A stretch of 64,000 bases of DNA from the human T2T-CHM13v2.0 reference genome, Homo sapiens. The translations under genes were made by a program, and so were the position numbers. The DNA is taken from assembly GCF_009914755.1 (NCBI RefSeq), contig NC_060928.1; one strand, 5' to 3'. The notes under the pieces were generated by a model. It worked only from the letters and a program-made list of their open reading frames with translations, ran no database searches and was not told the DNA's origin. Positions 27,256 to 40,092 of the stretch are shown here, piece by piece (positions within the stretch are counted from its first letter, which is position 1; each line of letters begins with the position of its first letter).

Positions 27256-29159
27256 GTTCAATTCCAAGGTGAGCAAGACAAGTTTGTCTGTGCCTTCATG
27301 TAATTTACATTCTGATGAGTGAGAGAGATCAAAAACATAAAACAATTGCAATAAGTGCTCAGATAAAGAGGAGGCCTTAACATTTAAAAGGCATCAAAAT
27401 TGTTTAAAGAAAGGAGGAAACTAGCCATATGAAGAAAGGTAGAAAAGCATTCAATCCTAACCCTTTTCTTTTCCACTGGACTACTAGAAATGTAACTATT
27501 TAGTCTTGGAATAGAGAGCACATTTTCTTACTCTCCACCTCCTTCGCCTCCTTTGTGTGTTTTCCATGCAAACACTTAGGGCAACTAGGCAAGCTTTTGT
27601 CACTTCCTTAGTGTCAGCATTTCTATTATAAGTCCAACAGAGGACTCTTGACAAGATTTACTTGAAACTTGAAGCTATAAAGTCATTAAGTGCTGTGAAT
27701 AGCTCTGAACATTTTGGCTTTCCTCCAACATACTCTCCTCCTACTAACAGGGAAGAATTACAAAGCAAATAAGACAACAAAAGGAAGCGCATTCATCTCC
27801 ATGACCACCGACATTTTCCAATCATTCAATATCCCCAATGGGACAGTGGGTTGGGGTGTATGCATATATATAAAAACAAAATTCTCCACTGTTTTTCTTT
27901 TTCTAAGGAAGGTTTAAACTCAGCATATTTACCCACTTAGCTATATTCATCCTGCCCTTAATGCCTTTAGGAATCTGGACTAGTAAATCACTAAAAAACA
28001 ATATTTTCAATTAAATTGTTACATCATAATTCTGTTTTTAATCCTTGAATGCACAGCAGCAGCAGACAGAATCTATCTGACTTGGTGACCCTCACTAGAA
28101 ACCTCAGTTAATCATAACCCTCCTCATTTTGATTATAGTACTTTGCTCATTTGAAATTCCACCTAGTCAATTAATGCAGCTTATGGTATCTGTAGAATAT
28201 CATGAACCCATGGTTACGATTTTAATTATAACATACATTTTACAGATCTCAGTCATCCATCTCCAAGGACATTCTCCTTTATATAAAGTGTCTTAAATTG
28301 GGCTGCTTCCTTTGACTTAATATTGCCTTCTTGGAATGTAATGAATACCTTTTGGTGACAGCATCTCTTTCCCAGTCTGTACTGATGAGAATCATGAACT
28401 GTACTAAGAGGTATTTTGCTAAACACAGGTACAGGAGTAAATGTGCCATTTATAAAATGTCATGACATATGGCATTTTTGAAACGCTATACGAACTTGGT
28501 GTCTAATAAGCTAACATAAAAGTCTTTTTGAGAAAAGAAAATATTGACAAGAAAAGTGAAAAAATAAGGTATATTATTCATAAATACATGTAACTGTTTC
28601 TAAGATTTTCATAAGCATAAAATTATAAAGGGTATTATCACAGCCTTTAGAACATTAACCAAGAATAAGGACAGTAATTGCAAAAAGGATAAGAGAAAGG
28701 AAATCTAAGATTATTCAAATTTGGGTTTCTGTGGTTTTCTGGTATTATGATTTGGTAAGAAGTAATATAACTGATAGTGTCTTATATGCAAAAGCATGTG
28801 AATTGGTGTCCAAATTTTATTTCCTAGTTTTTTAACCTCTAAAAGATACCTGATATATTTCAGTTCTGACTTCATTACAAAAATGTAGCATATTCAAGGT
28901 TCTCATAAGAAAATAAGCTTTGAATTCAGGCATTACACATATATGAGGCAATTAATTTATGAAGCTTTGAAAGAATGCTTAGAGCTAGTGTCTCCATTGT
29001 CAAGCCAGGAAATAAATATAGTAGCCATTGTAATAGATTCATGTGTGATCTCATGTCTATAATTTGTTTACCAATTAATATGCTCTGTTGAAAAGTTACA
29101 CCCATATTCCATTCGATGGCTCAGAGAGAAAGATGTTAGCCAAGAGTTTCAATGTGTCA

Positions 29160-29395
29160 TGTTTAAGATTTCAGGCCCTGGACCTAGTTTGGTTCAGTTC
29201 AAATCCCAGCTCTGCCATTCATTAGCTGTATGACTTAGAACAATTGATTTAACCTCTCTGTGACTCAGTTTTCTCATCTCTAAAAATAAATGTAATAATG
29301 GTGTCTACCTCAAAGGTTTGTAGTGAGTATTTTAAAAATGCATAGTAAGCACTCAGAACAGTGTAAGGTCTCAAATATTAACTATTATTAATACT
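29160..29395 (+). mobile_element. MIR
   Basis: gttcaaatcccagctctgcca..ttaacctctctgtgactcagttttctcatctctaaaa. Confidence 0.88.
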
Positions 29396-30189
29396 ATCTT
29401 TATTGTTATTACCCATACGACATTTCTGGAAACAACTAGGCCTTTCTCATAAATGATTTTGCCAATTTCTATCATGTGCCAGTGTTATTATATGCTGTTA
29501 GCTCCATGGGGAAAGAAGAGAAGGGGACAGAGTGAAAGGGAGGCTGAGAACTATGGAAGTTGACCTGTTCACATCAGGTATGATAAGTGCTTCTGCTGAC
29601 ACTGAACAACCTTCCACCAATAATATTTTTCTATGTCTGTATGTTAATTCCTTCAGTTATTGACTGGGGCCTCACCTAAGTATATTGATTTCATTATTTG
29701 AATAATATAATTTTGCTGCCTTATCAGTGAACCAGGAGATAAAACTCCAGGAAATTCTCAGCACTGTATCAGCCTAGGCAAGCACACTGATGGTTTTTAA
29801 TAAGCGCTTACAAATGACTGGAGCCTTATACTTTCAGGGGGATATTTTTGAGTAAGTGCCCACTCCCCCAAAATATTCCTCTTCCTCAGTCTGCTTGGCA
29901 TCATAAAGACAGAATCATCATCTTCACACATCATTCACCTTCTTCATTGCCATACTATTGCAAATAGGAGTTCAAGGCCTCAGGGAAGAAAAAAATATAT
30001 ACATTATTTAGGAAAGGAGCTGGTATTGGCAAAGAAAACAAAATGAGAAAAACTAAAACCCACAGATGGGTATGCTTAGAACTTTAATGCCTAAACTCAA
30101 ATTATTTGGTAAGCTGCAACAGCAGATTTTTATGAATAAATTATAAATTTCAATTTGGGTATGTTGAGTTTAAAAGAATTAAAGGGCTG

Positions 30190-32177
30190 TGATATGATTT
30201 GGATTTTTGTCCCCACCCAAATCTCACAACAAATTGGAGGAGGGACCTATCAGAAATGATTGGATCATAGGGGCAGATTTTCCCCTTGCTGTTCTCTTGA
30301 CAGTGAGTGAGTTCTCATGAGATCTGATGGTTTAAAAGTGTGTGACACTTCCACCTTAGCTCTCTCTCTCCTGATCCACCATAAGAAGATATGCCTTGTT
30401 TCCCCTTCACCTTCTGCCATGATTATATGTTTTCTGAGGCCTCACCAGCCACGTGGAACTGTGAGTCAATTAAACCTCTTTCTTCATAAACTACCCAGTC
30501 TCAGTTAGTTCTTTATAGCAATGTGAGAACAAACTCATACAGAAAATTGGAACAAGGAGTGGGTTATTGCTATAAAGATACCCAAGTATGTGGAAGCAGC
30601 TTTGGAACTGGGTAATGGGCAGAGGCTAGAACACTTTGGAAGGCTCAGAAGAAGACAGGAAGGTGAGGAACGTTTGGAACTTCCTAGAGATTTGTTGATT
30701 GGTTTTCACCAAAATGCTGATAGTGATATGGAGCATGATGTCTAGGCTGAGATGGTCTCAGATAGAGATGAGGAACTTATTGGAATATGAAGCAAAGGTC
30801 ATTCTTGCTATGCTTTAGCAAAGAGACTGGCAGCATTGTGCCCCTGCTCTAGTAATCTGTGGAACTTTGAACTTGAGAGAGATAATTTAGGGTATCAGGC
30901 AGAAGAAATTTCTAAGCAGCAAAGCATTCAAGGTGTAACCTGGCTATTTCTAAAAGTGTACTGTCATATGTGTGAACAAAGAGATAGGATGGTCTGAAAT
31001 TGGAACTTATATTTAACAGGTAAACAGCATAAAAGTTTGGAAAATTTGCAGCCTGATGATGTAGTAGAAAAGAAAAACCCATTTTCTGGGAAGAAATTCG
31101 ACAGCTACAGAAATCTGCATAAGTAAAGAGGAGCCAAATGTTAATAATGAATACAATGAGGAAAATGTCTTTAGGGCATTTCGGAGACCTTCACAGAAGC
31201 CCCTCTCATCATAGGCCTGAAGGCCTAGAAGGAAAAAATGGTTTCATGGGCCAGGCCCAGGACCCACTGCTCTGTGCAGCCTTGGAACATGGCACCTGGT
31301 GTTCCAGCCACTCCAGCCATGGCTAAAGGTATAGCTCAGGCCATGGCTTCAGAGGGTGCAAGCCCTCAGTGCCAGCCCATGAAAGCAGCTGCTGGGGCTG
31401 TATCCTGCAGAGCCACAGGGGTGGATCTGCCCAAGGCCTTGGCAGTCCACCTCTTGCATCATCATGCCCTGTATGTAAGATATAGAGTCAAAGGAGATTA
31501 TTTTGAAGCTTTAAGGTTTAATGACTGCCCTGCTGGGTTTCAGACTTGCATGGGGCCCGTAACCCCTTTGTTTTGGCCAATTTCTCCCATTTGGATTGGG
31601 ACTATTTACCCAATGTCTGCACCCCCATTGTATCTTGGAAGTAACTAGTTATTGATTTTACAGGCTCATAGGCATAAGGGACTTACTTTGCCTCACATGA
31701 GACTTTGGACTGTGGACTTTTAAGATGATGCTGAAATGAGTTAAGACTGGCGGCTGTTGAGAAGGAATAATTGTAATTTGCAGTGTGAGAAGGACAGGAG
31801 ATTTGGGAAGGGCCAGGGGCAGAATAGTATGGTTTGGATTTGTGTCCCTGCCTAACTCTCATGTTGAATTGGAGGAGGGGCCTGGTGGGAGGTGATTGGA
31901 TCATGGGGACGGATTTCCTCCTTGATGTTCTTGTAATAATGAGTGAGTTCTCGTAAGATCTGATAGTTTAAAAGTGTGTGACACTTCCCCCTTAGCTCTC
32001 TCTCTCTCCTGCTCTGCCATGGGAAGGTATGCCTTGCTGCTCCATCACCTTCCGTCATGATTGTAAGTTTCCTGAGACCTCCCCAGCCATGCAGAACTGA
32101 GTCAATTAAACCTCTTTCTTCATAAACTACCCAGTCTCAGATAGTTCTTTATAGCAATGTGAGAATGGATTAATACA
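30190..32177 (+). mobile_element. Two-LTR MaLR provirus (THE1D/MSTA-like): LTR 30190-30541, internal 30542-31824, LTR 31825-32177
   Basis: Homologous LTRs tgatatg...ataca. Internal begins gaaaattgg. Polypurine tract gggaagggccaggggcagaa precedes the 3' LTR. Confidence 0.93.
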
Positions 32178-32886
32178 GACTTAATGTTCCCTTATGCTCT
32201 TGTACACGGGAATATCCACACACCAGACACCCTGAAGTTCTCATCACTCCTGAAAATGCCATTTTTTACCCCTTGCCTGGTATTCTTGTCCTTGCATAGT
32301 GAGGTATTTAGATTGCCCTCAAATCTGTGTTCAGATTGTACTTCCTCACCGAAACTGTTTATCATTCCCCCTGCAAGTCTTAGGAAGTAACTCTTATATG
32401 TAGGATGAAGTTTTAAAATCTTTAATGTGATAGAGGTAACAACAAGTCCCAGAAGGGCAGCCCAGGTTGCAGATCAGTAAGCTGCAACAAAAGTACAGTC
32501 ACTGGCAGACAAAGAAAGCTTAGTGGGTTTAACAGAAAAACTGAAGTTTAGTGCAGATGAGGCACACCACGAATCCTAGGTATTTTAAACTGGGTTAAGG
32601 ACAGCAAAATTTAACCAAGATTCTAAAAGCCGATGAAACTAAGCCTTCTGATAGAAGTATTGGCTGAAGAACAGGCAGGGCTGTCTGAGAAAGGTGGTAA
32701 CAAACACTCTGGGAATTGGCTAGAATAATGTCAAATAATTTTGAAATAATTGAGATCTTTAGCTTTCATGAATTTATATACAACCAGTTTAGAGTAACAC
32801 AAATAAATATGTGTGAAATTCAAACAACTGATTGATTGAGTGCAAGATAAGCTGCTTGTTTGAAATGTTGAGTATTTCAAGAATTC

Positions 32887-33086
32887 TTTTTTTATTATTA
32901 TTATTATACTTTAAGTTTTAGGGTACATGTGCACAACGTGCAGGTTTGTTACATACGTATACATGCGTCATGTTGGTGTGCTGCACCCATTAACTCGTCA
33001 TTTAGCATTAGGTATATCTCCTAATGCTATCCCTTCCCCCTCCCCCGACCCCACAACAGTCCCCGGTGTGTGATGTTCCCCTTCCT
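32887..33086 (-). mobile_element. Young L1PA (PA3/PA4-like) 200-bp 3' fragment
   Basis: ttatactttaagttttagggtacatgtgcacaacgtgcagg...acaacagtccccggtgtgtgatgttccccttcct. Confidence 0.93.
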
Positions 33087-34431
33087 CTCTGCAAAGACTG
33101 AGAGAGCTGTGCTAATATTTCCCTAAGATAAAGACCTGCTGTTTTGCTCATAATTGTAAATCTTTGACTGCATGGAGGAAAGGTTAGCTACCTTGTGAAT
33201 GATTTTCTGCCCCTTCCCAAATAAGCAGGCCAATTAATTATATCTAACCATTATGGGAAAAGCCCCTCCTAAGGGAAAGTAAGGCCATTCTTTAAATTGT
33301 CATCTGAGTGAATGTAATTCATAATTCCACATTTATCTTTGATCATTTCTTAATTATTACTGCAGTTAAGTCCCATTCTATTTGATATACTATATATATC
33401 TTATTATTTTTTACTTTTATTCTACACAATCTTTGCTTAGCTTCTTGCTGACCACAAAGCTAAAATTAATCTGTCTTTAGTCATCTTATACTTCTGTTTA
33501 TCTTTTCTTTTGCTATTTGATATTTGATAAAACTTGATGAAATACTATATAGAGATGCATTACCAAATAACATGGGTTTTCATCAAATGCCTTTTTTTTC
33601 TGAGAAATTAGGAATTCTAGAAGTAAAAGTTTTGTTAAGTCTTCAAGTTATTCTAGTGCTTAGGGACCCTGAGTATTGAAAAATGTTATGTTTAATTTAT
33701 TCATTCATCCCCACCTTGCCTCCCAAAATATTTAAATGACTTTTCAGCTTTATAAATGATTTAGTGCTTTGTGCCTTGTTGGGAGATTTACCTCCATTTA
33801 GCAAAAAATTAGCACTTTTAGGTATACTGATTTTTGGCCTGGTGGAATCAGTGATTTTTTACTCATTGTGGAGTTGTTAACACTTCATGTGGCTCAGATT
33901 CAAAGTACTGATATTTACAGGAGATACATGGATGTGTGTTAATAATAGACATAACTGGTATTACAGAGAAGAAGGGGCAACAATTCAGGCCACATAGACT
34001 CTGTTTATAATGATAAGAAGCGAATTATACCACAACATTATGTATGACCTTAGGGCATAAATTTTAAAAAATGTCCTAAAAACTCATCAGCTACTGCAGA
34101 TCATGAGCTACGAGAAACCACTTGAAAACTGATGCACAGATGAATTGACTAAGTATGCTACTCTAGAGTAAAAGCTTGGCCAGCTTTGCAGAGGTTCACA
34201 TTTACGTGGCAGAATCATCAACTTCCAGAGAAGTATGTTTCTAGAATTTCCTACTTTTTCATAAATATCTTGAAAGAATTTCGATGTAAAATTCTAATTA
34301 TTATTGTCAATAGCATTTACTATAAAACCTTTAAAAATCTACTTTTAAAATTCAATCATATGTGGTAGACATATTTCCATTTTGAAAGAAGTAATCTAAA
34401 TTACAGTTTTTAAAAAATAAACTTTATTTTT

Positions 34432-34746
<315 letters not shown>

Positions 34747-35320
34747 TTATTTTTTATTTTTAAACTTTTTTGATGTACAGAAAACTATGAAAATAGTACA
34801 TTGTTCCTGTATACCCCATCCTCAGTTTAACATTTTATTAACATTTTACATTACTCTGGGCCATTTGTCATAATTAGGGAACTACTATTGATACATTATT
34901 ACTAATTAAAGTCCACACTTTATTTACATTTCTTTGATTTTCACCTAATGCTTTTGTTTTCTGTTCTGGAATCCTATCCAGGATGCCACATTATGTTTCA
35001 TCATCATTTCTCCTTAGTTTTTTTTTTTGCTATGGGAGTTTTACATATTTTCCTTGTTTTTGATGACCTTGACAATTGTTTCAAAAGCTGGTCTGGTATT
35101 TTGTAGAATGTTCCTCAGTTGGAACTTGCATTTATTTTCTATTAGATTGGAATAAGGGTTTTTGTAAGGAAGAGATCAAGGTCAATTCTCATTGCTTCTT
35201 ATCAAGGGTAGCTAATAGCCACATGACTCATCACAGCTGATGTTAACCTTGGTCAACTGGTTGAGGTAGTGTTAGGTTTCTTCCTTGTAAAGTTACTTTT
35301 TACCCTTTTTCAGTCTGTAG

Positions 35321-35638
<318 letters not shown>

Positions 35639-35803
35639 TTCAGTCTATAGTCTTTGAAAGGAAGTCACCATGCACAGCACAGATTTAAGGAGTGAGAAAT
35701 TATATTCTCCCTCCTTGAGAGTGAAGCATCTGGTGAAGTATACACATAAATTATTTACAATTCTCCTGCATGGGGGATTTGCCTTTTCCAGCCTCCCATT
35801 ATG

Positions 35804-36109
35804 TTTTTTTAATTTGTTTGTTTGTTTGAGACAGAGTCTTGTTCTGTTGCCCAGGCTGGAGTGCAGTGGTGCAATCTTGCTCACTGCAACCTCTGCCTCC
35901 CGAGTTCAAGCAATTTTCCTGCCTCAGCCTCTGGAGTAGCTGGGACTACAGGCACGTGCCATCATGCCTGGCTAATTTTTTGTATTTTTAGTAGAGACGG
36001 GGTTTTGCCATGTTGGCTAGGCTGGTCTTGAACTCCTGGCCTCAACTGATCTGTCCACCTCAGCCTCCCAAAGTGCTGGGATTACAGGCGTGAGCCACTA
36101 CGCCCAGCC
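35804..36109 (-). mobile_element. AluSx/Sz-like
   Basis: Full antisense Alu. TSD-like cccatWatgt. Confidence 0.95.
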
Positions 36110-36226
36110 CCATAATGTATTTACTTAGTCATTTATTTATATCAATATGGACTCAGGCTATTTTACAATTTGAGTGATAATCCAATACCACTTTACTTAT
36201 TTGTTGCTCAAATTATTTTAACTTTG

Positions 36227-36522
36227 GGCCAGATACAGAAGCTCATGTCTGTACTCTCAGCACTTTGGGAGGCTGAGGTGGGAGGATTGCTTGAACCCAG
36301 GAGTTCAAAACCAATCTGGTCAACAGAGCAAGGCTCTTGTCTCTACAAAAAACTGAAAAATTAGTGAGGTGTGGTGGCATGTGCTTGTAGTCCCAGCTAC
36401 TCAAGAGGCTGAGGCAGAAGTATTACTTGAACCCAGGAGTTTGAGTCTGCAGTGAACTGTGATCACACCACTGCACTTCAGCCTGGGTGACAAAATGAGA
36501 ACTGATCTCTTAAAAAATAAAA
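36227..36522 (+). mobile_element. AluJ
   Basis: gggaggattgcttgaacccaggagttc in the left arm, degenerate. TSD-like aactttgg. Confidence 0.92.
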
Positions 36523-36960
36523 AATTTCAACTTTGGCCATAGGGAGCTCTCTCAGTTAACTCTTATGTCCCTTTGATATGCCCATCAATGTGTGTGCGTG
36601 TGCACCTGCATGTGTGTATGTGTTTGTGAATTGGAGTACTTTCTTACTTTTGGACGCTACAATGTTTTCTCATCTCTTCTAATATATTTCTCATTTTGTA
36701 TATTTCTTGTCCCAGCCTTACAGTCAGCCATTTATCCAAGGAACTCTGGTTCCCTTTATTGGAGAATAAAATTGGTACTATTAAAAAGAAACCAAGATCT
36801 AGGCACCAGGTGTGCTCATCCCTTCCAGGGTGACATTTCTTTTAGGTCCTCTTAGCTAACAAAGCAAAAAATATATGTGTGTATACTAACCTGTGTATGT
36901 ACACAAATATATAAATATTGCCCCATATGTATTTACAGTGAGCTAAAAATTAATTCATAC

Positions 36961-37486
36961 TGTGATGGTTAAGACTGAGTGTCAACTTGACTGGATTTTA
37001 GGATGCAAAGTATTGTTCCTGGGTGTGTCTGTGAGGGTGTTGCCAAAGGAGATTAACAGTTGAGTCAATGGACTGGGAGAGACAGACCTACCCTCAATCT
37101 GAGTGGACACCGTCTAATCAGCTGCAAGCATAAAAGCAAGCATGGGAAGAGCAGACTTGCTGAGTCTTCCAGTCTCCATCTTTCTCCTGTGCTGCATGCT
37201 TCCTGCCCTCGAACAACAGACTCCAAGTTCTTCAGCGTTTGGACTCCTGGACTTACACCAGTGGTTTGCCAGGGGCTCCTGGGCCTTCAGCCACAGACTG
37301 AAGGCTGCACTATTGGCTTCCCTACTTTTGAGATTTTGGGACTCCGACTGGCTTCCTTGCTTCTCAGCTTGCAGACGGCCTATTGTAGGACTTTACTTTG
37401 TGATTGTGTGAGTCAATTCTTAATAAACTCCCCTTAATATATTCATCTATCCTGTTAGTTATGTCCTGTTAAAGAACCCTAATACA
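36961..37486 (+). mobile_element. MLT2A (HERV-L) solo LTR
   Basis: tgtgatggtta..tgagtgtcaacttga...gaaccctaataca. 5-bp TSD CATAC (36956-36960 and 37487-37491). Confidence 0.93.
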
Positions 37487-37714
37487 CATACTGATGTTTA
37501 GAACTCATTTATTACCACATGAATCATTCTGGTTTTCTGTTACCTGTCTATAACCTCCCACTCCAACTGTGAGAAACCTGGCTCCCACAGTTGCCATTCC
37601 TTTACTTAATTGTTCACTTTCACTACACATGTATTATGGCTTCTGAATTGTTAATATGTACCTCATGGGAAACACCTTCAACTCAAATACAATGCTATGT
37701 ACAATTCCTTTGTA

Positions 37715-39185
37715 TTGGTTTTGTGAATGATGACACTGAAACTCTAGCTGAGGAGATTTCTAAGCAAAGTGTTGAAAGTACAGCCTGCTTTCTCCTTACT
37801 GCTTATAGTAAAATGTGAGAAGAGAGAGATAGATTGATGGAATTAGTAAGCAAAAAGTAACCAAAACTTGAAGATTTGGAAAATCCTAAGCCTATTCATA
37901 TTGCAAAACAAGAGAAAGAATATTCAGGAGAGCACACCAAGGTTATGTCTGGATAATCACCTAATAAAGGGATTACCCATAATTTTAATCAGCCATCTCA
38001 GCAGAAGCCAGGAAGAAATGAGCTTACACCAGCAAAGTCACTGGAGTTTGAACCGAAGGGTATAGAGATAGGACAAAATGAAGAAAGGTTTTCCAACTTC
38101 TGGGATTTAAAACATGAGACAGTAAAGCCACCCAGTGATGATCATGCCTTATCTTTCATGAAAAGGGAAGAATGACCATGAAGGCTATTTAAAGATCATC
38201 AGAGTTGCCACTTCCACCACAGGCCCATGGGTAAAGCTATTTCCTCCTTGGTTTCAGAGGATGAACTCACCCCCTTGATTTCAGTGGGCCAGGATGCCCC
38301 TGTGAAGAGCTGAGAGGGTGAGGCCACTGCCTAGGGCCCTGGGGTGAAGGTGCCACCACAGTAGGCTTGGAAAACAGAGCATAAAGCCAAAAAGATTATT
38401 CTCGAGGCTTAACGTTGAATGGAATTTGTCTTGCTGGGTTTTGGACTTGCTTTAAAACCTGTCACCGCTTTATTCTTTCCTATTTTTTCCTTTTTGAAAG
38501 GGAAATACCTATCCTATGATTGTCTCACCTTTGTATTTTGGAGGCACATAACTTGTCTAGTTTCACAGGCTCACAGCTGGAGAGAAATTTTGCCTCAGGA
38601 CAAAGCATCAGTCTCATTAAGTCTCATCGTGCCTGATTTAGAGGAGACTTTAGTCTTGGAATGGATGATGGAATAGGTTAAGAGTTTCAGGGCTGTTGGG
38701 ATGGAAGAAGTATATTTGGCATGTGAAAAGGACATGAATTTTGCAGGAGCCAGAGGGCAGAATTTTATGGACTGAATTATGTCATCCCTAAACTTATATG
38801 TTAAAGTCCTAACCCCCAAGGTCACTGTATTTGAAGATAGGGCCTTTAGGAAACCAATTAAGGTTAAAGGACGTCACAAGGGTGAATCCCTAATCCAATA
38901 AGACTGATGTTTTTGTAAGAAAATAAAGAGAGATAAATAAAAAATAAAAAAAAGGGAGATCTCTTTCTCCAAATCCTACCAGAGGAGAAAGGGCCATGTG
39001 AGAACACATGGAGAGGCAGCAGTCTGCAAGCCAGTGGGAGAGTCTTCATCAAAAGCTGAATTTGCTGGCACCTTGATCATGGACTTCCAGCTTCCAGAAC
39101 TGGAAAACATGTATTTTGTTTGTTTGTTTGTTTAAGCCACCTAGTCTGTGGTATTTGATTATGGGAGCCCTAGCAGATGGATACA
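37715..39185 (+). mobile_element. MLT1A-like MaLR: partial internal (37715-38762) plus 3' LTR (38763-39185)
   Basis: tagctgaggagatttctaagcaaagtgttgaa internal motif, PPT gccagagggcagaa, LTR ending ctagcagatggataca. Confidence 0.85.
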
Positions 39186-39799
39186 CTCTTCATGAGGTAG
39201 AAACTACTAATTTATAACAAAAAAAATAAGAGTTGGGGTAAAACACTATCTTAGGCATAGCCACTTTCCAAAGCACATATGATTTGAAAATAAAAACAAT
39301 ATATGTGGAGGAAGTGGATGTAATAGCTACTTTAAAGCCTTTTAAAGGTTGATGTTTTAGGATAGCCTAAGTCATACTGATATCTACTTTAAACATACTA
39401 AATGGGTTTATGTGCAATATATTCCCTTAAAATAGGATTTACTATTAAGTGGTAGTTTGGTAAAATATTTCTATAAAAGAACTGATTTAATTAATTCCAA
39501 TTTAATTATTGCCTTTGAACTATGCAGATTAAATTATATATATATAGGCACGTGCACATATTTGTATGTGTGGTATGTGCATGTGTGTTAGACATGTGTG
39601 TATTAAATGAGTCTTCTGCACATTGAGTTCAGTTTGATAAAGTGTTTCATTTTTTATCCTATTTCATTGCTTAAAACGTAAAAATTGTATAACATTAAAT
39701 TATAGGATAGCTGTGTGACATCCAAATTAGGTGGAAGATTCTAACAACTGAATCACCAGTGTTTTGTCATCTGAAAAAACTGAGCATTGTTTTAGATTA

Positions 39800-40092
39800 T
39801 TCCAGTACCAGAGTGTTGTCCATCGAGTGGCTCTGCAAAGGCACCCAGCAGCAGTGAGGGTGAGCAGAAGAAAACTGCAGACACTGGCAAATACCATGGT
39901 CCAGTGAGGAGTGAGTGAATAAATCTATTCTTTTTCCTTATACTTTTGATTTGCTCTGGGTGCCTCCAACTGACCAAACTCATCTGCAACCAGAGTGTAA
40001 GGAAGGAAGCCCATAGAGAAGATCCTCCTGGAGCATATTGTGGTACAGAAGAGGGTGGAAAATGGATCCGAATTGACAAAGGGAAAATCATT
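39800..40092 (-). mobile_element. LTR33-like fragment
   Basis: gtgcctccaactgaccaaactcatctgcaaccagag...gggtggaaaatggatc matches the recalled LTR33 5' end reversed. Confidence 0.6.

Noticed and set aside
31238-31648. 136-aa ORF
   Set aside because: It lies in the MaLR internal region and spans a deletion junction; it is a relic frame.
36961-37486. MLT2A as a DUX4-driven embryonic promoter, and its 125-aa ORF
   Set aside because: Both DUX4-like motifs look mutated here (ttgaCtggattt, accGtctaatca), and the ORF is a chance LTR frame.
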